Assembly: GCA_051294375.1 (NCBI GenBank)
Contig: JBJCIZ010000266.1
Span: forward strand, 1 to 7,221
Source of the DNA: Paraspadella gotoi
Lineage: Eukaryota; Animalia; Chaetognatha
DNA length: 7,221 nt
Direction: 5' to 3'
Shown here piece after piece: positions 1-7,221 of the stretch. The notes below the pieces were generated by a model, which did no database searches, was not told the origin of the DNA, and worked only from the letters and a program-made list of their open reading frames with translations. Position 1 is the first letter of the stretch, and each line of letters opens with the position of its first letter. A program made the translations under genes and the position numbers.

Positions 1-38
1 AAAAGGTCAAGACGCCGGCCCCTTAGGACCTCACCACA
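1..38 (+). repeat. 3' end (U5) of the 5' LTR
   Basis: 1-37 is identical to 5654-5690; ends ...CCACA at 38, then a 2-nt spacer GT and the TGG of the PBS. Confidence 0.92.
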
Positions 39-40
39 GT

Positions 41-54
41 TGGTTAACCCGACG
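41..54 (+). promoter_or_regulatory. Primer-binding site, tRNA-Trp-like
   Basis: TGGTTAACCCGACG just after the LTR end; 12/14 match to TGGTGACCCCGACG, the complement of the common metazoan tRNA-Trp 3' end (recalled, not searched). Confidence 0.8.
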
Positions 55-277
55 AAGAAAGCTACCAACCTTCAAGACGGGGAGAAAACGTTGGACAACC
101 CTTTCTGAGGTAAGACTGGGAGAATATTGAAAGTTAAGCTGGACCCAGTCCGCTCACACTCTTTCTCTTTGTCCCTACACGCTCCCCAACGCCAACCGGA
201 GTCAACATCGACGACGTCAGCACGCCGTGTAACGCTTGTGGTACCAATAGGACGACCGACCAAAGAACTCGGGATCG

Positions 278-1341
278 ATGAGCGAACCTGAGACTCGCGC
301 GCGCCTCCGCTCTGCTCAACGCGAACGGGAACTTCAGCGCGCCACAACCACCAATCTCCCAATTCCAAACGGCGAATTCAGACGAATTTCACCGGTGTTG
401 TTAGANNNNNNNNNNATATTTACCTTCACGACGCAGACGAGCGAGATGGCCGACGAGGGCGCTACAAGAACGCTGCGCGACGAAAACGACGAGTTGAGGG
501 CGGCGCTAGCGGCCGCCACACGCGCGTTGGAGCGCGCCTCTAACCGGAAACCCGATCTCCCTACCTTCGACTCCCAAAACATTGAAATTTGGATCAGACG
601 CGTCGAAGCTGCTTATATTCGCGCAGGGATTACGGCACCTAAGAGCAAGTTTGCACACCTGGAATCCAAGATTACGGTGGACTTCGATCCCAGGATTAAT
701 CAGTTCCTGTATGGCGAGGCCAACAACGAAACTTGGCATCAATTTCTCGAGTATTTGCGTGAGGAGTATGGCCTCTCAAAACGACAACAGGCAGTACAGA
801 TGCTCGACACTATCGAGACAGATGGCCTGAAACCTTCAAAGATTCTCGCTCGCCTAGAGAGAAAACAAAAACTGTTTCACTTGACGACATCAGAAAGGAA
901 AAGGTTCTCAGAGAGCTACCAGCACAAGTAAGAAGACAACTAGAAGACAAGGCGGATGATCTCACCGCCAGAGAGTTGTGCATCCTCGCCGACAAACACT
1001 TTGACAACGACGGTAATTTGAAAATTCGCCCATCAACGTCATTAGTCAGNNNNNNNNNNAGCCGCAGCACGGAGAGTCACAGCGCAGCCACAGAGACATC
1101 AGACGACGACGACGACGAAGGAATCCACGCCGTCAACGCAGGAGGTCGTCGCAAATTCAACTCCAAGAAAAAATCGTTTCAAAACCCAAAGAACAAAGGC
1201 AAGGCCAAGCTCTCGACGATATGCAGCAAGCACCTGAAGTTTGGAGAAGACGCATGGTCTTGCGAANNNNNNNNNNNNNNNNTTGAGGAAACTCAACAGC
1301 GCAAAAAGGAGGGAAACGCCCGCGGGGGACGCCGCAGGTGA
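278..1341 (+). CDS. gag: Gag; one apparent 1-nt deletion near 857-860 and three N gaps; start may be ATG 278 or ATG 446
   Basis: LPTFDSQNIEIWIRRVEAAYIRAGIT..KF N-terminal Gag motif. After a frame change near 858 it reads KTKTVSLDDIRKEKVLRELPAQVR..LADKHF. Knuckle CSKHLKFGEDAWSC at 1222-1263 (last Cys expected in the N gap). Stop TGA 1339-1341. Confidence 0.9.
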
Positions 1342-1357
1342 ACGCCGTGCCCCCGGG
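1311..1357 (+). promoter_or_regulatory. Programmed -1 ribosomal frameshift signal (G GGA AAC plus downstream stem-loop)
   Basis: X XXY YYZ heptamer 1311-1317 in the gag frame; the -1 frame is open into the protease. After a 5-nt spacer, CGGGGG-ACG (1323-1331) pairs with CGT-(G)-CCCCCG (1346-1355). Confidence 0.88.
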
Positions 1358-4300
1358 ATTAAAACATTCACCAGCAAAAAACAATCTTTTGTACATACGC
1401 GATGCTAAGGACCGGATGAAGTGGCTGGTGGATGGAGGCGCCCTGCTTTCTATCGTTCCTCCAACTCCCCAGCAGCGCGAGAAGGGCCCTGATCCCAACA
1501 TCAAACTGCAGGCGGCGAATGGTACTCCGATAGATTGCTTTGGAACGATTACAAGACTGTACACCTCGGAAATAGAAAATTCGAATATGAATTCGTGGTA
1601 GCTAGCGTGAAGCAGCATATTCTAGGAGCAGACTTCCTAGCAGAAAATTTTCTCGCCCCAAACCATCGAGATGGACTTCTCTTGGACTTGCGCAACTACT
1701 CCACTATTGCAGCATCAGTAGCATCTGAGACAACAGAGCATATTAGTTTCGTGGACCGCAAAGGCGAACGCTACTACAAGCTACTAGATTCATTTCCATC
1801 TTTATCAACACCGACGTTTGAGCTCAAAGAGCCCAAGCATGGAGTTACCCACTCCATCCCAACGGAAGGGCGTCCATGCCAATCCAGAGCTCGACGCTTG
1901 GACCCTGAAAAGCTGGCAGTAGCTAAAAGAGAGCTAGAAAAAATGGTATCGATGGGCATAGCCAAACGTGGGAAATCAGAATGGTCCTCCCCCCTCCATG
2001 TTGTTTCAAAACCAGATGGGGGATGGAGATGCTGTGGAGATTACCGGAGACTGAATACTCAAACGATCGATGATAAATATCCAGTAAAGTTGCTCTCAGA
2101 CTTTAATGCCCAACTCGAGGGGAAAACCATATTTTCCAAAATAGATCTCCTCAAGGGATATCACCAGATCCCAGTCAACGAGAATGACGTGAAAAAGACC
2201 GCCGTCATTACTCCATTTGGCCTGTATGTCTTCCCGCGTTGCCCTTTTGGGCTGAAGAACGCGGGTCAAGATTTCCAGCGCCTTATGGATGAGATCCTGG
2301 GTGATATCCCTCACACGTTTGTTTATTTGGACGACATTTTGGTCGCATCGACGTCACCAGATGAACATGAACAAGACCTGAAACGTGTATTCGAAGCTCT
2401 AGATGCAAATGGCTTAGTAGTGAATACTAAAAAGTGTATTCTCGGACAGGAATCACTCGAGTTCCTTGGCTTCTTGATCGACAAGGACGGCGTCCGCCCT
2501 CTGCCAGAGAGAGTACAGACGCTACGTGAAACCACAAAGCCAACATCGATAAAAGAACTCCAGCGATTTCTAGGGATGATCAACTATTACCGTCGGTTCA
2601 TCCCTAGAGTCGCCCATCGCTGTTCACATCTATATGAGGCACTATCAGGCAAACCTAAGACCTTGAAATGGACCCAGGAGTGCGACCAGGCATTTGAGGC
2701 AATCAAGGAAGGGCTTATACAAGCAGCCTTGCTACACCATCCACGAACTGGAGCACAATTGTGCATCACGACAGATGCGTCGGACCATGCTGTCGGAGCC
2801 GTGCTAGAACAGCGAGGGCCCAAGGGTTGGGAACCCTTGGCCTTCTTTTCTGCAAAGTTGGCCAAAAATCAGAAGTTATGGCCGCCATTCGACCGAGAAT
2901 TGTTTGGAGCTTTTCGTGCCGTTAGGCATTTCAGACACTGGGTGGAAGGAAGATCCTTCACAATATATACAGACCATCAGAGTCTCGTATCACAATCAAA
3001 AAGAAGTCGGAACCTCAAACTGCTCGTCAGACATACCAATTATCTGTCATAGCAGAATATACGACCGATATCAGATACCTTCGCGGAAAAGCGAACGTTG
3101 TAGCGGATGCGTTGTCACGCCCGAACGCCCCAGCTAAAGAATCGCCAACTCCTCCGACTACTGCACCAGTGGAAAGACAACGACAGCAATGATGAAGCCA
3201 ATAAAACCAGATCGGCTAGAGGACGTCACAGCGGTAATCGCGTCGCTCACGGATTTCGAAATCGATTTTGTCCAAATGGCAAGGGAGCAAGTCCTAGACG
3301 CCGAATTCCAACGGATCGCCAACGACGCACGTTCAGGACTATCGTTTCGAAAAATAAAAAGTTGGCGACCAGGGCTCCCTCGTGGACGTATCCAACGGCC
3401 CAGCGAGACCGTTCGTTCCCGCAGCATGGCGCCGAAAGGTCTTCGAAACAATGCATAATCTCGGCCATCCAGGAGTTGAAGCCACTCGAAAGGCAATCGC
3501 GGCCAAATTTGTATGGACAAACATGCGACAGGAAAGTGACAAAATGGGCCAGAGAATGTCCAGACTGTCAGAGATCAAAAGTTACCCGACACACGATTCC
3601 AGAAATAGGAGATTTCGAAATCCCTCAACGGCGTTTTCAACACTCAATCTCGACCTCGTCAAAATGCCGAGGTCGAACGGATTCTCGAGCTTACTAACAA
3701 TCGTGGACAATTCTCTAGGTGGCCCACTGCAATTCCAATAAGGGACACAACGACGCCGACAATTCTCGACGCCCTCTCTCACGAATGGATAAGCACATTT
3801 GGCGTGTCCAGCCGTCATAACGACAGATCGAGGCAGTCAATTCGGCTCAACATTGTGGAAACAAATCTTAAGCAATGGGGAACGAAGCATCAACCCACCA
3901 CGGCCTATCATCCACAGGCGAATGGCCTGGTGGAAAGATTTCATCGCCGATTGAAGGAATCTTTGATGGCCTTGGCGAGAGAAGAGAAGGAAAATTGGTT
4001 CTGGAAGCTGCCAATGTCTTTACTTGCAATCAGAACGACAGTCAAAGAAGACATCGGCGCCTCGGCGGCCGACTTGGTCTTTGGAGAAGGCATCTGCGTG
4101 CCAGGCTCACTACTCGGATCAGCCCAAAACGACGACGAGCAGCTGCAACGCAATCGCAAAAGCCAATTATCGACCCTTCGCGTCGAGGTCGCCAGATTGC
4201 AGCCAACCGCGACATCAGCCCATCACCAACCCGCCGTCTACATCCCGTCCGATCTCGATTCAGCAAGATACGTTTTTGTAAAACGAGCAGGAGTGCATCC

Positions 4301-4958
4301 TTCACTAGTAGCACCATACGCGGGACCATACCGAGTGGTCAAAAGGAACGGACTAAATATAACAGTCGATATACCTAGCACCGGCCGCGAAGTTATTAAC
4401 ATCGCCAGAGTCAAACCTGCACGAATCGATGAAGACACGCTGGACGTCGACCAGGAGCGTCCCTCAAGGCCGCCAGGAAGACCTCCCGGCATCAGAACCC
4501 GTCAACCCGCGCCAACGGATCGACAGACGCGCTCAATGCGATCAAATCGAGCAGCGCGAGCATCTTCGCCTCTTCTTCCTCCTCCTCCTCCTCTTCCCTC
4601 CCCCTCCTCTTCCCCCGATTCCCCTACTCCTCAGTCTTCCCCTTCCCCTCAACCACTTCCCCCCCTTCCTCCCTCTCCCCAAAACCCCATATTTGTTTTG
4701 CCAGGAGCATCGTCGTCACGAAATCGGGGGGATAAATCAACAACAACAACAACAAAGGCGAATAACGTAGAAGACGAAACGTGCGAGAACAATGAGCCCA
4801 TAGTGGAAAGAATATCGAAGACAACAGAAGAAAACTTCTCTCATAGAGTTCGACTCCAATCAACCCCGAGAAGTCGACCAATCTACTCAACTGTCCTTCG
4901 AGAGATCCTTCGACGCCAAGACATCGAGAACAAAAATCAAAAAAAGAAGCAATTTTGA
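1317..4958 (+). CDS. pol: Pol polyprotein (protease, reverse transcriptase, RNase H, integrase), interrupted by ~9 single-base indels
   Basis: PR WLVDGGA..AANG..ILGADFL; RT WSSPL, DYRRLN, KIDLLKGYHQI, PFGLKNA, YLDD; RH TDASD, REL, TDH, NVVADALSRP; IN HHCC, D-D35-E, GPY. Stop TGA 4956-4958. Confidence 0.93.
1380..1650 (+). other. Aspartic protease domain (boundaries approximate)
   Basis: LVDGGA with Asp at 1431-1433; LQAANGTPI; after a 1-nt shift at ~1553, KTVHLG..FVVASVKQHILGADFL. Confidence 0.88.
1900..2600 (+). other. Reverse transcriptase domain (boundaries approximate)
   Basis: Uninterrupted frame; YLDD at 2324-2335; LEFLG; LQRFLGMINYYRRFIP. Confidence 0.97.
2755..3123 (+). other. RNase H domain (boundaries approximate)
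   Basis: TDASD (Asp 2774-2776), RELFG, YTDH, then after a 1-nt shift near 2992 RQTYQLSVIAEYTTDIRYLRGKANVVADALSRP. Confidence 0.93.
3400..4421 (+). other. Integrase: HHCC zinc finger, DDE core, GPY module (boundaries approximate)
   Basis: His 3454 and 3466, Cys 3557 and 3566; Asp 3652 (NLDLV), Asp 3826 (TTDRGSQF), Glu 3933 (GLVERFH); GPY at 4323-4331; RVKPA. Confidence 0.93.
4563..4680 (+). repeat. C/T-rich low-complexity tract including (CCT)n, encoding a Pro/Ser-rich segment of Pol
   Basis: Almost pure pyrimidine; translates as SSPLLPPPPPLPSPSSSPDSPTPQSSPSPQPLPPLPPSP. Confidence 0.9.
4738..4755 (+). repeat. (CAA)6 microsatellite encoding poly-Thr
   Basis: caacaacaacaacaacaa read directly. 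Confidence 0.85.
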
Positions 4959-5164
4959 ATTTTCGAATTTCGTATTTTAGAAATTTTTGTTATTATTGAA
5001 TGGTTAAAGGCGTCAGGAATCGAATCATATCAAATCGTCAATTTGGATGTATTCTATTTGTTAATTGACCCATATAAAAAATTGTAATAATTAATATTAG
5101 TTCACAGACAGACTGTTGCAGCCACAATATTTGTTTTGCAATATAATTAACCATATATTTCAGC

Positions 5165-5173
5165 AGGGGGGGA
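5165..5173 (+). promoter_or_regulatory. Polypurine tract (plus-strand primer)
   Basis: AGGGGGGGA ends an AT-rich 3' UTR and directly precedes TGCGG. Confidence 0.82.
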
Positions 5174-5690
5174 TGCGGCTACAACAGGTCGATTAAATTC
5201 TATTATGAAATTAATCATCCATTCCAGGATTAGATCCTGGGACCTGAGTTGTAGGCCTCGACCTGCCACTGAGGCCAACCAGGTCGCTGATTCGATTCCA
5301 TTTAAATCTTGATACAAAACAGATTGGAGAAAACAAAAGACACTCGTTAATTTATAACTCCTTCCCAGAGAGTGCTATTTGTTTTATAATTCGTTTTATT
5401 GTTTCTTCTGCTAGCAGAAGCTTTCCTCTAGATTTGTAATCCTTTATTCATTCATTACTGTTTTTACCCTTCAATTAAATGTTACTAAAACATTAATCTC
5501 GTTTAAACTCTTATTACTAAATAGTAATATCTGACAGAATTAAAGTGAGTCTACAAATAAAATCGAATCTTTAATCTCATCTAATAATGAGCTCAAGAAT
5601 TAATATTATGAGAATGTGATAAGCCTTCCCTGCGACGCCGTCATCTCTCTCATAAAAGGTCAAGACGCCGGCCCCTTAGGACCTCACCAC
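5174..5690 (+). repeat. 3' LTR, ~517 bp
   Basis: Right end fixed by identity with 1-37. Left end inferred from the PPT and TGCGG, which is a 4/5 inverted match to CCACA. It cannot be confirmed because most of the 5' LTR lies outside the window. Confidence 0.85.
5556..5561 (+). terminator. Candidate polyadenylation signal AATAAA in the LTR
   Basis: AATAAA ~130 nt before the LTR end; ATTAAA variants at 5474 and 5539. The region is AT-rich, so chance is possible. Confidence 0.4.
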
Positions 5691-5739
5691 TATATTACTA
5701 TTATATATTATTATGAGTAATACTGTTTGGTTTTCCAAG

Positions 5740-7196
5740 GTTTTAATATTCGAGAGGACAAGCGTTTACATATCATTATTCAATAACGGGTAATGACATA
5801 ACCAACCATTTTTTTCACATACCACGCAAAATGGATCCTTTAATAAAAAAGGTCGGTTTTGTCTATTGCAGGTTCGTGGGCGAATCAAAAACTGGATTAG
5901 GAGAGGAAATTCACTGGTGAAATCCAAATGTATAACTATTACACGACGTTTCATTTAAGTGCTGCAATTTGGATTTCTTAGATTTTACCGGGGTGTAAAG
6001 CAACGTCGTATTAAAAAATGCAGGTAGAAATCAAAAGAATATACTAACGGCACGCCAGTGTCTTTAATAAGTATAGACTTTTGATTTTCTCAGATTTCAA
6101 AAAACTTACCAAAAATTTCATTCTTCAACGCAAAAAGGAGACATTTTTCAGTTTCTTTTTGGGGTGAGCAATTAGAGGTCACTAATTATCTCCATATATA
6201 TTTCTTTAATGGTTTCTATTTGCTCTAAGGTTTAACCACTAGATAGACGTCAATTTGCTATCATAAGAGAGGGAGAGAGAAAAACGAATCCTTTATTTTT
6301 CGGTGAGAATTAGTGATCATACATATTGAATAATATATTTTTTAATGTGGTTATTAATTGTTCTAGATTCGTCGATCGTAAAGAGGTGTAATTTCAACGT
6401 TCAAGAAATTGCCGTGGATTCAAAAAGATAAAAGGTAAAATTCAAATGGTTATACTTATATTGCATTGCAATATTTAATTAAGTATGACAATTTGGATTT
6501 TCCAGATTCGTATTCGATCACGCGACAATGTCTTATCTACACTACTAGGCGTACACTATCAAGTAATGAAAATCCATCTTTTTGTTTACAAAATATAGAG
6601 TGTTCGTTTTTAAAAAAAGGAGGATTTTTTCATTGCAGTTATCGATTTGGGATTATAGGAGACAATGGTTTTCTTTTTTTTCGGGTGAGCGGTTAGATGT
6701 TTGTATATTTATATCATTGCTTTTCTTATACGGCTTATAACTGCTCAAGATTCATATATCGCGGACGTGGAGTTGGAGGAATAATTTGGGGAGGGATGGA
6801 ATCAATATGCAAATGACAATCGAGAGAAGGTGACTTTGGGGACAGAGTGACAAGAAGGTGAGGAAAAGAGTCTTAGTTAAAGAAAATAGGAGATATTAAT
6901 AATGTCTCTTTTCCTTTCAGCTTTACAATTACAAAGAAAAGGTAAGAGGAAAACACATTTTGATTACGGCGAAGTTAAATAAAAAAAGTAAGAGAGATTT
7001 TGTTCGTATTTATAAAAACAATTATTTACATACGATCAATTTTCTCTCTTTAGATTTTACGTGATGACACACTACTACTTTGATCCAAAAGGGTGAAGAG
7101 AAAAAATGTGAAAATATGATAAAAGGTTATCACTTACTCTTTCTCTTCAGCAAATCACAAACGGGGGCGCAACAAGGTCGTGGCAAATCACAGATC
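5740..7196 (+). other. Candidate host multi-exon transcript or pseudogene with tiny exons and short introns; product unknown
   Basis: Candidate exons 5740-5789, 5872-5916, 5982-6023, 6094-6163, 6230-6302, 6367-6434, 6506-6562, 6639-6684, 6750-6857 (or -6829), 6921-6987 (or -6941), 7054-7092, 7151-7196. They are bounded by T-rich CAG/TAG/AAG acceptors and GTRA-type donors. No stop-free frame found. Confidence 0.55.
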
Positions 7197-7221
7197 GTAA
7201 ACAAAAGAGACAAGAAAAAAA

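Larger units (their letters stand above)
1..5690 (+). mobile_element. Ty3/Gypsy LTR retrotransposon, CsRn1/Kabuki-like; 5' LTR cut by the window edge
   Basis: Exact direct repeat 1-37 = 5654-5690; PBS at 41; gag with C-X2-H-X9-C knuckle; pol order PR-RT-RH-IN (Gypsy order); GPY motif; PPT before TG at 5174. Clade call rests on the CHCC knuckle, Trp-like PBS and GGGAAAC site, not on a phylogeny. Confidence 0.96.

Noticed and set aside
406-1282. N runs at 406-415, 1050-1059 and 1267-1282 as biological features
   Set aside because: These are assembly gaps or masked bases; their lengths may be arbitrary, so frame continuity across them is unproven.
3107-3741. ORFs 3107-3697, 3189-3458 and 3382-3741 as separate genes
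   Set aside because: Each contributes only pieces of one integrase region split by single-base indels.
72-4890. Minus-strand and off-frame ORFs (e.g. 72-368, 1157-1618, 3158-3520, 3875-4378, 4429-4770)
   Set aside because: They overlap gag/pol, carry no recognisable motifs and are expected shadow ORFs.
4422-4958. Chromodomain at the integrase C-terminus
   Set aside because: No chromodomain signature such as Y-L-V-K-W; the sequence is low-complexity.
4959-5164. env or third ORF between pol and the 3' LTR
   Set aside because: Only ~200 AT-rich bases with no substantial ORF.
5177-5290. Hammerhead, HDV-like or twister ribozyme in the LTR structure
   Set aside because: By eye I found no CUGANGA/GAAA core, no HDV P3/L3 with catalytic C, and no twister motifs on either strand.
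6466-6696. Single-exon ORF 6466-6696 (also 5766-5954 on the minus strand)
   Set aside because: Short, no motif, non-ATG start for 6466, and both cross candidate introns.
1-7221. Prokaryotic RT systems (retron, DGR, group II intron, CRISPR-associated RT)
   Set aside because: The RT sits in a Gag-PR-RT-RH-IN layout with LTRs, PBS and PPT; no repeat-spacer array or template/variable repeat pair is visible.

Overview
Bases 1-5690 are a near-full-length Ty3/Gypsy (Metaviridae) LTR retrotransposon on the + strand, most like the CsRn1/Kabuki group. In order: the last 37-38 nt of the 5' LTR, a tRNA-Trp-like PBS, gag with a CHCC knuckle, a GGGAAAC -1 frameshift site with a stem-loop, pol (PR-RT-RH-IN), a PPT and a ~517-bp 3' LTR. 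Gag and pol are broken by about 10 single-base indels and gag by three N gaps; hand-repaired frames need no substitution-type stops, so this looks more like sequencing error than decay. Unusual element features are a DGG protease active site, a ~178-aa low-complexity integrase tail, a variant PBS and a strongly base-paired LTR 5' end. Bases 5691-7221 are AT-rich eukaryotic host DNA with a regular run of candidate tiny exons and ~58-82 nt GT-AG introns. The element appears to sit sense-oriented in an intron of that unit, for which I could not find a stop-free reading frame. I cannot demonstrate a wholly new system from sequence alone.
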